Positions 7,086-18,006 of a stretch of DNA of 55,448 bases are shown in pieces. Position 1 is the stretch's first letter. The number at the start of each line of letters is the position of its first letter. The DNA comes from Burkholderiales bacterium (GTDB lineage Bacteria > Pseudomonadota > Gammaproteobacteria > Burkholderiales > SG8-39): contig JBCKLP010000003.1 in the NCBI GenBank assembly GCA_038903735.1, positions 1-55,448 on the forward strand, given 5' to 3'. The position numbers and the translations under genes were made by a program. The notes under the pieces were generated by a model. It was not told where the DNA came from, did not search any database, and worked only from the letters and a program-made list of their open reading frames with translations.

Positions 7086-7886
7086 CTATGCGCAAACCGG
7101 TGTGCCAAGTATGCGGCCTACCCGCTCGCGCGCCTCTTCCTTGGTGCGCGCGTAGATGGCGAGGTAATCGGGCGGCTCCCAGTCCTTGACTGCCACCTGG
7201 TAGGTGGGGCGCTCGCACAGGCGCTTCACCCAGTCCGCTACCCGCGGGCGGACGTTGATCATGTCGTCCATCCCCAGGTGCTCGAGGCGGTTCATGTAAG
7301 CGGTATAAGCGACATCGGCCAGTGAATAGGTGTCCGCCGCAAGATAGGAGGTATGCGCCAACGCTGCGTCCATGTCCGCAATCAGTTTGGCGAAGCGCCG
7401 CACTGCGGGCTCGAATGCCGGATGATCCATGCCCTCTTCAATGGTTCGTCTGCGCTTCTCGCGCCGCACCGGGTCGGGTATGCCCGCGAAGTAGGCTTCG
7501 TAGTCTTCGGGCGATTTGCACAGGTGCTGGTGGCGGAAGGCGATGGCCGAGGAAACGGTCGAGGTGGCCGCATGCACGTTGTCGTCCAGTTGGCGCATCC
7601 ACAGGCGCATGCGCGCGATGTCGAAAGCTGATGCCGGTTTCAGCGGATTGTGCGGATAGGCATCGTCGAGATACTCGCAGATGATGGTGGATTCGATGAT
7701 CGCTTGCCCGTCCACCAGCAACGTGGGCACCATGCCGTTCGGGTTGAGCTTGAGATATTCGGGCGCCTGCGCATCCCCGGCACGCAGATTGAGAAAATGC
7801 TCTTTCCATTCGAGGTTTTTCTCGGCCAGCACGATGCGCACCTTGGTCGAGCAGGTGGAAGATCCGTTGTGGTAGAGCTCAAGCAT
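7086..7886 (-). CDS. Glutathione S-transferase family protein
   Basis: STCSTKVR, LNPNGMVPTL, IESTIICEYLDD, YSLADV. Confidence 0.92.
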   Translation of the reverse strand: MLELYHNGSSTCSTKVRIVLAEKNLEWKEHFLNLRAGDAQAPEYLKLNPNGMVPTLLVDGQAIIESTIICEYLDDAYPHNPLKPASAFDIARMRLWMRQLDDNVHAATSTVSSAIAFRHQHLCKSPEDYEAYFAGIPDPVRREKRRRTIEEGMDHPAFEPAVRRFAKLIADMDAALAHTSYLAADTYSLADVAYTAYMNRLEHLGMDDMINVRPRVADWVKRLCERPTYQVAVKDWEPPDYLAIYARTKEEARERVGRILGTPVCA

Positions 7887-8004
7887 TGCGCAGTCCTTTC
7901 ATTGAATCGCACCATAATATAATGGGAAGAGACCGGCGTCTTTGGCCAGAATTAGCAGGCCTATCCGGCGCGTGCCGGGCGTCAAAACAATTGAGGGCCG
8001 CAGT

Positions 8005-8976
8005 ATGAACATCATGGGTATCGAGCGCATTGTCTACGGCGTCACCGACATTGCCGCGTGTACGCGCTATCTGCAGGATTGGGGATTTGCAGCGGGGCAG
8101 CTTACGGGCGTCGGCGTGAATTTCGAGACTGCGGAGAAGACCGGGCTCAGTCTGCGTGCGCACGATGATCCCGGGCTTCCGGCATTGCGCCACAAGAGTC
8201 CCTTTTTCAAGGGTTCCTGCGGGCGCGAAGTCATCTGGGGTGCGGATAGCGCTGCAACACTGGCTGCCATTGGCGCTGAGTTGAGCCGCGACCAGGAAGT
8301 GAAAGAAGACGCGGATGGTGTCTTGCACAGCACAGACCCATCGGGCAATGCCATCGGTTTTTGCGTCACCCGGCGCGTGCCGGTGGTGGAAGCTCCGCTG
8401 ACATTCAATCGGGTGGGTGCACCGGTACGCATCAACCGGCCTGCGGATGGCGCGGCCAAGGACATGGTGGCGCGGCCGCTGCGCATCAATCACGTGGTCT
8501 ATCTCGCCGTCGATGCCGCCGAGGCACAGGCGGAGATGCGATTTTACACCGAACGGCTGGGGTTCAAGCTTTCAGACAATGTGGACAACCGGGGATTCTT
8601 CATGCGAGCGGGCGGCTCGCATGATCACCATAACATCCTGGTGGAGTGTCTGGCGCCGGGCTTTTTCGGTCTGCAGCACTCGGCCTATGAGTTCCGCGAT
8701 CTGGATCACATCATGCATAGAGGCCGCTACCTGGAAACCCGGGGCTGGGAATCGCACAACGGCCCGGCGCGTCATACGGTGGGCTCCAACTTGACCTGGT
8801 ATTTCTGGTCGCCGCTGGGGGGCTTGATGGAACTGATCAGCGACATGGACTACCTGACCGACGAATGGCGGCCGCGCTTCATCGATCCCAAGGTGGCGGG
8901 GCGCCCCATCGCCTGGACCTCGCGCCCGAACGCGGAGGATTTCCACTTTGGCGTGCCTGCGACCGAACGCGGATGA
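8005..8976 (+). CDS. Two-domain VOC-family protein (extradiol dioxygenase-like)
   Basis: INHVV, DHHN, LQHSAYE, GPARHTVGSN...YFWSPLGGLMEL; ATG at 8005 with a GAGG RBS. Confidence 0.85.
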   Translation: MNIMGIERIVYGVTDIAACTRYLQDWGFAAGQLTGVGVNFETAEKTGLSLRAHDDPGLPALRHKSPFFKGSCGREVIWGADSAATLAAIGAELSRDQEVKEDADGVLHSTDPSGNAIGFCVTRRVPVVEAPLTFNRVGAPVRINRPADGAAKDMVARPLRINHVVYLAVDAAEAQAEMRFYTERLGFKLSDNVDNRGFFMRAGGSHDHHNILVECLAPGFFGLQHSAYEFRDLDHIMHRGRYLETRGWESHNGPARHTVGSNLTWYFWSPLGGLMELISDMDYLTDEWRPRFIDPKVAGRPIAWTSRPNAEDFHFGVPATERG

Positions 8977-9062
8977 CTTCCACTTTGGCGTGCCTGCGAA
9001 GGAAGCAGCGAGCTATTGAATATTACAAAACGTCGTGACAGGCGAGGTCACTACGCGAATTT

Positions 9063-9257
9063 CCCTCACCCTCGGTCCCTCTCCCCGTGGGAGAGGGATG
9101 CAAAGCCCTTCTCCCACCGGGAGAGGGATGCAAAGCCCTTCTCCCACCGGGAGAGGGATGTAAAGCCCTTCTCCCACCGGGAGAGGGATGTAAAGCCCTT
9201 CTCCCACCGGCGACCGCAGGAAGTCCCCGTGGGAGAGAAGGGTTGGGATGAGGGAAA
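9063..9257. repeat. BoxC/REP-like palindromic element with four internal 30-bp tandem copies
   Basis: CCCTCACCC...CCCTCTCCCCGTGGGAGAGGG; unit GAGAGGGATGYAAAGCCCTTCTCCCACCGG x4 at 9091-9210; lies between convergent genes. Confidence 0.85.
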
Positions 9258-9300
9258 GCGATCGCGAAAGTAGGTAATTTCAATAGGTTAGCCGCCGCTG

Positions 9301-10263
9301 TTACTGCGCCTTGATGTCGAGTTTTTTCAGCAGGTCGCCGATTTCACGGCTGCTGCGCATCATCTCCGCGCCGAAGGTCGCGGAGTCGGCGTATTTGATG
9401 CTGGTCAGCGTCTTCACCGAACTGTTGACGAAGCCGGGTGATTCGACTGCGCGCGTGCAGGCGTTGCGCAGCCAGCCCAGCACGTCCGGAGGAAGGCCCT
9501 TGGGGGCATACATGCCGATGGCACTGGCCGGGGAGGCAAACTTGAATCCCGATTCCCGCAACAGGGGTACCGGCGGAAGATTGGGCACCTTGCCATCACC
9601 GGTGATGCCAAGACCGCGTATGCGCCCGCCGCCGCCGGCGTTCAGGGTGTTGGGCACCGAAACCGTGAAATCAAGCGTGCTGTTGAGCGTCTGGGCTATG
9701 AGGTCACCGACCACGCGGAAAGGGACGTGATTCCATTTCACGCCGGCTTCCAGCGCAATGCTTTCGGCCAGCAGGTGGAAGGCAGTGGCATGGCCCACGG
9801 TGCCGAAATTGAGTTTGCCCGGCGACTTGCGTGCCGCTTCGATTAGATCCGCAATCGATTTGAAAGGGGAATTCGGCCCGACCATGAAAACCTGCATGGC
9901 TGAATTGGTCTGGCAGATGAATTCGATGTCGTCCAATTTGTAATTGAGGTCGGCGCGCAGATAGGGCTGGATGACGAAGGCACCGTCGGCGCCAAAGCCG
10001 ATGGTGTAGCCGTCGGGTTTCGAGCGTGCCACCAGGCCGGTGGCGATGGTGGCCGCGGCGCCATCGCGGTTCAGCACCACGATCGCTTGTGGCGTCAGCT
10101 TGGACAGGCCATCGGCGAGGCCGCGCGCAAGGATGTCCAGTTGCGAGCCGGCGGCCAGTGGCACCACGAAGGATATCGGTCGTGAAGGGTAGCTTTCCTG
10201 AGACCACGCGGGTTGGGCAGCGCAGATCAGGCTGAGCGCAAGGGCGGTGTGCAATGGTTTCAA
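9301..10263 (-). CDS. Bug/TctC tripartite tricarboxylate transporter substrate-binding protein
   Basis: Signal peptide, YPSRPISFVVP...G..D, KPDGYT, HVPF. Confidence 0.92.
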   Translation of the reverse strand: MKPLHTALALSLICAAQPAWSQESYPSRPISFVVPLAAGSQLDILARGLADGLSKLTPQAIVVLNRDGAAATIATGLVARSKPDGYTIGFGADGAFVIQPYLRADLNYKLDDIEFICQTNSAMQVFMVGPNSPFKSIADLIEAARKSPGKLNFGTVGHATAFHLLAESIALEAGVKWNHVPFRVVGDLIAQTLNSTLDFTVSVPNTLNAGGGGRIRGLGITGDGKVPNLPPVPLLRESGFKFASPASAIGMYAPKGLPPDVLGWLRNACTRAVESPGFVNSSVKTLTSIKYADSATFGAEMMRSSREIGDLLKKLDIKAQ

Positions 10264-10389
10264 GGCATCCTCCGGGACAGGTTGGGATCAGACAGCGCCG
10301 AACGCCAGATACTGTTGCGATTACACCGGCAATTCGGGTAACAACGAGGGGTACGATTCCGGGTGGTAATGTTTTACGTTGGGTTGCTG

Positions 10390-11977
10390 TCACCACTCGC
10401 CAATGATGACGCCCTTGTTGCGCGCGCCGTCAGTGCGCGCAAGTACTTCGGCATCTGAGAGTGTGACGCGGTTGCGGCGGTCGGTGAGGCGATCGAGCAG
10501 GAGGCCCTGGTGTTCGGCGAGCACAGCGGTGTGTGCGCTGGATTCGCCCAGGTCTTCGAGTTCCTGCGGGTCGTTTTGCAGATCGAACAATTGCTGGCGA
10601 AAACCCTTGTACCAGACGTACTTCCAGCGAGCGCTGCGCAGCATGTAGGCGCGCGACTGTTGCGGGGCGACTCCCAAGAGCGAGGCGAGCCTTGTAGAGG
10701 GAGTAGTCGATTTCGCTGAAGGCTGCCTCGCGCCATGCGCTGCCGTTCTCGTCGCTGGTGCCGCGAATGAAGGGCAGCAGCGAGCGGCCCTCAACGCGCT
10801 GCGCGGGCAGGTCGACACCCATGGCCTCGACGATGGTGGGCAGGACGTCGATGCCTTCGACAAAGCGCTCATCGGTGCTGCCGCGGCTGGCAGTGGCGCG
10901 CTGATCGGGGTCATAGACGATGAAGGGCACGCGGCTGCTCGGCTCGTGAAACAGCTCCTTTTCCCCCATCCAGTGATCGCCCAGATAGTCACCATGGTCG
11001 CTGGTGAACACAATCATGGTGTCCTGCATGCGCCCCGAGGTTTCAAGGTAGGCAAGCACACGGCCCAGATGATCATCCACCTGTTTCACCAGTCCCATAT
11101 AGGTCGGGATCACTGTGTTCCGGGTTTCATCGCGGGAAAATGTCTGGCCGACATCGGACTGCTGGAAGGCCGCATACACCGGATGGCCGTTGCTCTGCTC
11201 GCGCGCATGGCGTACGGCCGGCATCACATCCTCGCGCCCGAACATGCCCGCATAGGGTCTGGGCGCGATATAGGGCCAGTGCGGCTTGATATAGGAAAGG
11301 TGCAATACCCCACAGGGCTGCTCGCCTGCCTCGCGCATGAATGCCAGCGCCCGGTCGGTCATGTAGGGCGTTTCCGAGTGTTCTTCAGCCACCCGCGCCG
11401 GCTGGCCGGAATTTCTCAAGGCCCAGCCGGAGAGCACCGTGCCGTCCGGCGCTTCGCCCGCATTGGCAAAGTCGTTCCAGGGATTGGCGCTCTGGTATCC
11501 CTTGGCGCGCAGCCAGCGGTTGTAGCCCAGATCGGGATCGAAATTCGCGTTGGGATGTTCGCCGTCGTCGCGCTCGAAGGGTTCGAACCCGCACTCGGCA
11601 GCGAGTACGCCAAGGCTGCTCCGCGGATCGATGCCGAGCTTTGCCATGCCCTCCAGGTCGGCGCGCATGTGGGTCTTGCCGGCGAGCGCCACGCGCACGC
11701 CGTGCGGGCGCAGGTAATCGCCCAGTGTCCAGGTGCCGGCATCCAGCGGTATGAAGTTCCAGGTCGCGCCGTGGCTGAAGGTAGTGCGCCCCGTGTAGAG
11801 CGACATCCGCGCCGGGCCGCATACCGGTGAACTGCTGTAGGCGCGGGTGTAACGCACGCCCATCGCGGCAATGCGGTCGATGTTGGGCGTGGCAAGGCGC
11901 GCCTGGCCGTAGCAGGACAGATAATCCGCCCGCAACTGGTCGGCCATGATGAACAAAACGTTTTTGACTGTGCTCAT
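10390..11977 (-). CDS. Sulfatase / phosphonate monoester hydrolase family protein, 1-bp frameshift at 10673-10675
   Basis: NVLFIMADQLR, CGPAR (CxPxR), KPHWPY, FTSDHG; C-terminus LFDLQNDPQE is in a second frame. Confidence 0.9.
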
Positions 11978-12382
11978 AATGGGTCCTGTGGCAACACCCT
12001 TTTAATTCCGCAACCTTGTCGCCTGCCTCTGCGGGCAGCGCGTCCCGGTCTCGATAGAAGCCTGGTGCCGCTCGTGTATTGCCTGATCGTTGACAGCGAC
12101 CGGATGCGTAGGACTGACTCTCGCCACGATTTGCTTATTCAGGTTTGCGAGCACATTATTCCGAAGGCACAGGCTGAAAGCATGTGTGATGCTACTACAT
12201 GCCAATTTTTTAATGAAGCCGGGGGTTGAACCCGTTTACATGTATTCCGCTATGCTGAAGTGTAGGAGAGTCACCTACAGCGATCCGTTGACGATTGGAG
12301 TTGTCCTGCAGCGAGCGTCGGTCCATTAAGCCGCCGTGTAAGATCGAACAATCATTTACAAGCACCCATTGGGGGAAAATCC

Positions 12383-13358
12383 GTGAAAACTTCTCGTTGG
12401 ATATTTTGCATTCTGGCCTCATTCGCAGGTGCCGTCGCGTAACAGGCGCAGGCGCAGTATCCGGTGAAGACGGTGCGGCTGGTGGTTTCCAATGCGCCGG
12501 GCGTTTCCACGGATATTATCGCGCGCGCCATTGCCAGCCGGATGCAGGTGATGTGGAATCAGGCCGTGGTGGTGGAAAACCGCGCCGGTGCCAATGGCAT
12601 CATCGCCACCGAGTACGTGGCGAAAGCGGCGCCCGATGGCTACACGCTGCTGGTGCATCCTGCCGGCGTGTTTACCTTTCATCCGGCGCTGTACGAGAAA
12701 TTGCCTTTTGATGTATTCCGGGATTTTCTGCCGATCTCCAAGCTGGCCGCCTCGATAATATGGATCGTGGTCAATCCTTCGTTGCCGGTCAAGACAGTTG
12801 CCGATCTCCTCGCATTGGCAAAATCGCAGCCAAAAAAACTTAGCTATGCAACGGTGGGAGGCACGGTTGGCTTGCCCTACATTTCCTCGGTGCTGATGCA
12901 GAACGTGACTGGAATCGAACTGCTCTATGTCAATTACAAAGGCGGCAATCAGGCAGGGATCGACCTTCTGGGCGGGCAGATTCAGCTCATGTTCGACGCG
13001 ACGGCGGGCAGCATGCCGCACGTCAGGGCCGGGCGGCCTGCGGGCTTTGGCGGTGATGACGCCTACAAGGATAGCCGCAGCACCCGAGGTGCCGACTATC
13101 GCCGAGGCGGGCATACCGGAAATGACTAGCGAGGCCTGGAACGGCCTCAGCGGCCGTGCGGGCACGCCGCCGGAGGTCATTCGCAGAATTCATGCGGATT
13201 CGGTCGCCGCGCTGCGCCATCCGGATATCGCGCAGAAACTGGGCGCCGTAGGCTTTGAGATCATCGGCAACACGCCCGAGGAGTTTGCGGCGCAGATCCG
13301 CGCGGAGACGGCTAAATGGGGCAAGGTGATCCGCGACAACAAGATACGGGCGGAATAA
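12383..13358 (+). pseudogene. Bug/TctC receptor with an in-frame stop (12440) and a frameshift (about 13038)
   Basis: GTG start and signal peptide interrupted by TAA; ENRAGANG, APDGYT; C-terminal ETAKWGKVI is in another frame. Confidence 0.8.
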
Positions 13359-13393
13359 CGCGCTATGCGAGGTCGGTGCAATAGGAGGACGGA

Positions 13394-14191
13394 ATGAGCG
13401 CATTGACGCTTTACCAAGGAACCACCTCGGTCTGCGTGCTCAAGGTGCGCCTGGTCCTTGAGGAAAAAGGCCTCAAGTACGAGGGGCCCATACTCAATCT
13501 GCAACAAGGCGACCAGTTCGATCCTGCCTACCTGAAATTGAATCCGAACGCCGTGGTGCCCACGCTGGTGCACGAGGGCAATGTGATCCTCGAATCCACG
13601 GTCATCATGAATTATCTGGAAGATCTTTATCCGCAGCCATCCCTGTTGCCGGTTTCGGCGCTGGACCGGGCAAGGATGCGCATGTGGTTCAAGGAGATCG
13701 ACGAGCACGTGTTTCCGGCCTGCGGCACGCTCACCCTGGCCATATCCTTCCGCAAGGTCTACCTCGCAAAACCGAAAGACGTGCTGGAGAAAATGATCGC
13801 CAGCAATCCCAAGCCGGCATCGCGGGCGCGCATGAGCGAGATTCTGGCGCGCGGCGTGGAATCGCCCATGGTGGTGGCGGCGCTGCAGACGCACGACGAG
13901 ATGATGCGCCGCATGGAAACCGAACTGGCCCGCGACCCGTGGCTTGCGGGAAAGGCCTACTCGATGGCCGATGCCGCGCTGACACCCTTCGTCAACCGGC
14001 TAGGGATGATAGGCCTCATCAATTGCTGGTCGCAGAGCTGTCCCCGGGTGCTGGACTGGTTCGAGAGGGTCAAGGCGCGCGCCTCCTTCAATGCGGCGAT
14101 CACGCGCTTTTATGATGCCGACGATGCAGAGCGCTTTCGGCCGGGGGATCCGGAGGATCCGGCCCGGGTGAGGCGCCTTCTGGCCGCCTGA
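13394..14191 (+). CDS. Glutathione S-transferase family protein
   Basis: SVCVLKVR, LNPNAVVPTL, ESTVIMNYLED, YSMAD. Confidence 0.92.
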   Translation: MSALTLYQGTTSVCVLKVRLVLEEKGLKYEGPILNLQQGDQFDPAYLKLNPNAVVPTLVHEGNVILESTVIMNYLEDLYPQPSLLPVSALDRARMRMWFKEIDEHVFPACGTLTLAISFRKVYLAKPKDVLEKMIASNPKPASRARMSEILARGVESPMVVAALQTHDEMMRRMETELARDPWLAGKAYSMADAALTPFVNRLGMIGLINCWSQSCPRVLDWFERVKARASFNAAITRFYDADDAERFRPGDPEDPARVRRLLAA

Positions 14192-14220
14192 TTTCACCGT
14201 GCCGCAGGCACCGGCGACAG

Positions 14221-15180
14221 CTACTGGAACTTCAGTCCGCGCTCCTTCACCAGCCGTTCCCAGCGCTCCAGTTCCTCGCGCAGAATACGTGCCGCGTCCT
14301 CGGGGCTGTTCGCCAGCACCTCTCCGCCCACACCTTCTATTTTCGCGATGGTTTCGGGCTCGGAAAGCACCCGTTTCATGGCGGCATTGATCCGCGCGAT
14401 GATTTCCGGAGGGGTATTCGCCGGTGCCAGCAGCGCGGTCATGGCGGTGTAGGCGTAGCCGGGCACACCGGACTCGGCGATGGTCGGCACGTTCGGATAG
14501 CGTTTGGAGCGCTGCGGCGTGGTGACGGCGAGCAGGCGCACCCGGCCGCCCTTCACCGGCGCCGTGGCGCTGCCCATGTCGACGATGCAGAACTGGGTTT
14601 CACCGGCGGCCGTGCTGGCTGCGGCCAGCACCCCGCCCTTGTAGTTGATGTCCGCATAATCGACCCTGGTGATGGATTTCAGCAATTCTGATGCGAGGAT
14701 GGTCGAGGCGCTGTTCGAGGCGTGGTTCAGCTTGCCGGGGTTGGCGCGAATGTGCGCAATCAGGTCCTGCACTGAATGGATGGGCAGCGCGCTATTCACG
14801 AGCAGGGCGGAAGGCGATACATAAACCATCATGATGGGCGTCAGGTCGCGGGTGCTGTAGGGCAGCTTGGCATAGGTCACCGGATTGATGGTGAGCGCTG
14901 CATGGCTGGTGAAGAGCAGGGTATAGCCGTCGGGTGCCGACTTGGCCACAGCATCGGTGCCGACGATGAAATTGGCGCCGGCGCGGTTTTCCACCACTGC
15001 CTGCTGTCCCCAGGTGTCCGAGAGGCGCGCGGTAAAAATCCTCGCGACCAGGTCAAGACCACCCCCGGGCGCTGCAGGGACGATGAAGCGCACTGGTTTG
15101 TCCGGATAGGCTTGCGCCAATGCGCCCGACTGTACGAGGGTACAGGCTGCGATCGCGGCGAATGTCAGCACTCGAATCAT
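14221..15180 (-). CDS. Bug/TctC receptor
   Basis: YPDKPVRFIVPAAPGGGLD, APDGYT, YKGG. Confidence 0.93.
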   Translation of the reverse strand: MIRVLTFAAIAACTLVQSGALAQAYPDKPVRFIVPAAPGGGLDLVARIFTARLSDTWGQQAVVENRAGANFIVGTDAVAKSAPDGYTLLFTSHAALTINPVTYAKLPYSTRDLTPIMMVYVSPSALLVNSALPIHSVQDLIAHIRANPGKLNHASNSASTILASELLKSITRVDYADINYKGGVLAAASTAAGETQFCIVDMGSATAPVKGGRVRLLAVTTPQRSKRYPNVPTIAESGVPGYAYTAMTALLAPANTPPEIIARINAAMKRVLSEPETIAKIEGVGGEVLANSPEDAARILREELERWERLVKERGLKFQ

Positions 15181-15202
15181 GATCAGTCTCCCTTAGGGCG
15201 CG

Positions 15203-16819
15203 CTAGTAGCGCGAGGTTTTGTGATTCTGCTTGGACAGGCACTCGATCAGTGCCGGGGTGCCCGATTGCATGGCCTCCAGCGCTGCCTTGAATGCAGGCA
15301 GGAAGGCATCGGCCTTGTCGACCCGCCGCGACCAGGCGCCCAGCCCCTTCGCGACCTCGCTGTAATTGCCGCCCAGGTTAGACGCGCCGAGCTTCTCGGT
15401 CGCATAGGGCATGGAGTCCACTTCGCCCGCCATGATGCCGTTGTTGAACACGATGGTGAGAATGCCAAGGCGGTTGCGCACCGCGGTTTCGATATCCATG
15501 CCCACCATGCCTATCGAGGCATCGCCCATGAAATTCATGCACAGCTTGCCCGGGTTGGCGATCTTGGCGCCCATGATGAGGCCAAGCCCATGGCCTAGCT
15601 GAGTGGATTTTCCCCAGCCGAGGTAGCTGCGCGGCGCGCGCGCCTCCCAGAAGGTGACCAGTTGTTCGCGCGGGCTGCCTGCCTCGTGCGTGACGATGGT
15701 GTTGTCGCGGTCGACCGCATTCATGATCTCGTGAACGATGCGGTACTGGTTAATGGGCGTCTCGGTCGAGGTGAGCTCGGGCCGCCATTCATCCAGCCAT
15801 TGCTCGCGCACACTGCGGATTTCGGCGGCGGTGCCGGCATCCTTGCGCTTGCGTGCGCCGATCTCGTCGATCAGCGCCTGCAGCACCAGTTTGGCGTCAC
15901 CAAGGATGGCGGCGATGTTGCCTCGCTCCTTGTTGATGTCACCGGGATCGTTGCTGATGTGCACCAGCCGCTTGCCCGGCGGAATCTTCGGGGTCCAGGG
16001 GTTCATGGTGAAACTCGCGCCCACGCCCACGATCAGGTCGGCCTTCTGCAGGAAGTGGAACACCGCTTTGGGCGCAGAGCCGGTGGAGGCGCCCAGCGCG
16101 AGCGGGTGATGCTCGGGGAAGGCGCTTTTCCCGGTGTTGGTCGTCATCACCGGGATCTGTAGCAGCTCGGCCAGCTTCACCAGTTCCGCTGTGGCCTCCG
16201 CGTACATGACGCCCTGTCCGGCGTGGATGACCGGGCGCTCCGAATTCAGCAGTAGTTCGGTAACAGTTCTGACATCCGCCGGATCAGGGCCTGCGCGCAG
16301 CCTCGGCACCGGGCTGTAATCGAGCGTGCCGCCGACATCCGCCTCCAGCATTTCATTGGGCAGCTCGATCATCACCGGCCCGGGGCGGCCGCTGCGCAGA
16401 TGGTGGAATGCGCGGCGCATGATTTCGCCGATGCGCGCGGGTTTGTCGATGTCCGTGACCCACTTGGTGATGTTGGTGAAGTTTTTGACGGCCTGAAAAT
16501 GCGGCGGCGTGTGGTTGCGACCGACCGGGCCGGTGGGCAGCAGCAGCACCGGCACGTTGTCACTGTAAACCTGCGCAACGCCAGGAAACGCATTTTCAAT
16601 GCCGGCTGCCCCCTGCATCAGGAATACGCCGGTCTGCCGCCCGTTGGTTGAACGGCTGATGCCGTCGGCCATGCCCACCCCCACCCTTTCCTGGCGGCAG
16701 ATGTAGGGACGGATGCCCAGTTTCGCGCACGGATCGATCAGGGCATGGCGCGGATAGCAGATGATCTGCTCAACGCCCTCGGTCTTGAGGATTTGCGCGA
16801 TGGCTTCGGTAAGAGTCAT
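15203..16819 (-). CDS. Thiamine diphosphate-dependent enzyme (acetolactate synthase/decarboxylase superfamily)
   Basis: CRQERVGVGMADG, RPGPVMIELP, GDAS...VFNN ThDP motif; ATG at 16819. Confidence 0.9.
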   Translation of the reverse strand: MTLTEAIAQILKTEGVEQIICYPRHALIDPCAKLGIRPYICRQERVGVGMADGISRSTNGRQTGVFLMQGAAGIENAFPGVAQVYSDNVPVLLLPTGPVGRNHTPPHFQAVKNFTNITKWVTDIDKPARIGEIMRRAFHHLRSGRPGPVMIELPNEMLEADVGGTLDYSPVPRLRAGPDPADVRTVTELLLNSERPVIHAGQGVMYAEATAELVKLAELLQIPVMTTNTGKSAFPEHHPLALGASTGSAPKAVFHFLQKADLIVGVGASFTMNPWTPKIPPGKRLVHISNDPGDINKERGNIAAILGDAKLVLQALIDEIGARKRKDAGTAAEIRSVREQWLDEWRPELTSTETPINQYRIVHEIMNAVDRDNTIVTHEAGSPREQLVTFWEARAPRSYLGWGKSTQLGHGLGLIMGAKIANPGKLCMNFMGDASIGMVGMDIETAVRNRLGILTIVFNNGIMAGEVDSMPYATEKLGASNLGGNYSEVAKGLGAWSRRVDKADAFLPAFKAALEAMQSGTPALIECLSKQNHKTSRY

Positions 16820-16833
16820 GAATTGCTTTCCTG

Positions 16834-18006
16834 TCAGGATGCCGCGGTTTCGGCGGCGGGCACCGGGAGTTCGTATTTTTCCTTCTGCGGGGCCCATTGC
16901 TTGGCGGGCTGGCCGAGCCGGATGGCCTCCATCTCGCGCAGAAAAATCTTGCGCAGGAACAGGATGCCGGCATCCGAGGTGGAAAGATTTTCGCTGGCGC
17001 GCTCGGCGATGCTGCCCTGGCCGCGCACCGCGACGTAGTCTTGCACGGCGACGATCTGCCCGTCGCTGACTTCCGGGATGCGGTGCTGGTTGAGCAGCAG
17101 GTCGTAGTCGTCCGCCGGGTTGTATTGAAAGTCTTCGCCTTGCGCGAGCTTGCGCGCCTCCTCGCCCATGGATGCGTGGAACGAGGAGATGGCGAAACGC
17201 ATGGTGCGAGTGTCATCGACGGGCACGCGCCAGATGGTGATGTTGGACCAGGGGTCGCCTTTTTTCGGACCGGGTATCAGCACGTGGTTGTTGTTGGGGA
17301 AGGTCCAGTCGCTGACGCGCACGTTGTCCGCGGAGCGGGTGGCGTACTGGCGGATGCCCGAGGGCGTTTCCTCATAGGACAGCGCGGGTATCGAGGTGGT
17401 GATGCCCTGGTCGAAGCGGCTGGAGCGCCCCCAGGTGTGCACGAAGCTCACGTGCACACCATCCAGAGAATTCTCGATTTGCTGGAACCAGTTGCAGTCC
17501 CAGGCCTGCGCCAAAGTGACGATATGCCGGCCGGGTTCCTCCAGCATGTGCTTGCGTGGCAGGCGAAATTCAGGCGCAGCGCCTTCGCCCATGTAGGCGA
17601 ACACCAGGCCGCAGTACTCGTGCACCGGGTAGCCGGCGACGTGCAGCGGTCGCGCGCGCGGCTCCTTCTCCGCGGGAATTTCCACGCACAGACCCGAGGA
17701 GTCGTAACGCCAGCCGTGGTACATGCAGCGCAGGTCTTCGTTCTGCACCCAGCCGGTGTGCAGCACCGTGCCCCGGTGTGCGCAGCGCCCGCCGATGAGA
17801 TGCGCCTGGCCGCTCTCGCCACGATACAGGGTCAGGTCTTCTCCGAGGATGCGGATGCCACGGGCCTTGCTGGTGGCGACATCGCTTGCAAGGGCGACAG
17901 GCTGCCAGAAATTGCGCAACAGCCTGCCCATCAGCGTGCCTGCAGCGGTCTGGTGCAGCAGACCCAATGACTCATTGCCATGGGCTGCCCGAGTGCTTGA
18001 TTCCAT
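16834..18006 (-). CDS. Rieske non-heme iron oxygenase alpha subunit (LigXa/CbaA/phthalate dioxygenase group)
   Basis: CAHRG...CMYHGW Rieske motif; ENSLDGVHVSFVH; QD iron ligand. Confidence 0.92.
   Translation of the reverse strand: MESSTRAAHGNESLGLLHQTAAGTLMGRLLRNFWQPVALASDVATSKARGIRILGEDLTLYRGESGQAHLIGGRCAHRGTVLHTGWVQNEDLRCMYHGWRYDSSGLCVEIPAEKEPRARPLHVAGYPVHEYCGLVFAYMGEGAAPEFRLPRKHMLEEPGRHIVTLAQAWDCNWFQQIENSLDGVHVSFVHTWGRSSRFDQGITTSIPALSYEETPSGIRQYATRSADNVRVSDWTFPNNNHVLIPGPKKGDPWSNITIWRVPVDDTRTMRFAISSFHASMGEEARKLAQGEDFQYNPADDYDLLLNQHRIPEVSDGQIVAVQDYVAVRGQGSIAERASENLSTSDAGILFLRKIFLREMEAIRLGQPAKQWAPQKEKYELPVPAAETAAS

Noticed and set aside
9091-9210. 30-bp repeats as a CRISPR array
   Set aside because: The units are contiguous with no unique spacers, and there are no cas genes.
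12002-12380. Lower-GC stretch with short ORFs as a gene or ncRNA
   Set aside because: No recognisable protein or structure; most likely a divergent promoter region.
4550-13040. Frameshifts at about 4554, 5127, 10674 and 13038 as programmed frameshifting or phase variation
   Set aside because: All are single C/G indels in 1-3 bp runs with no slippery motif. Sequencing error or recent mutation is simpler; reads are needed.
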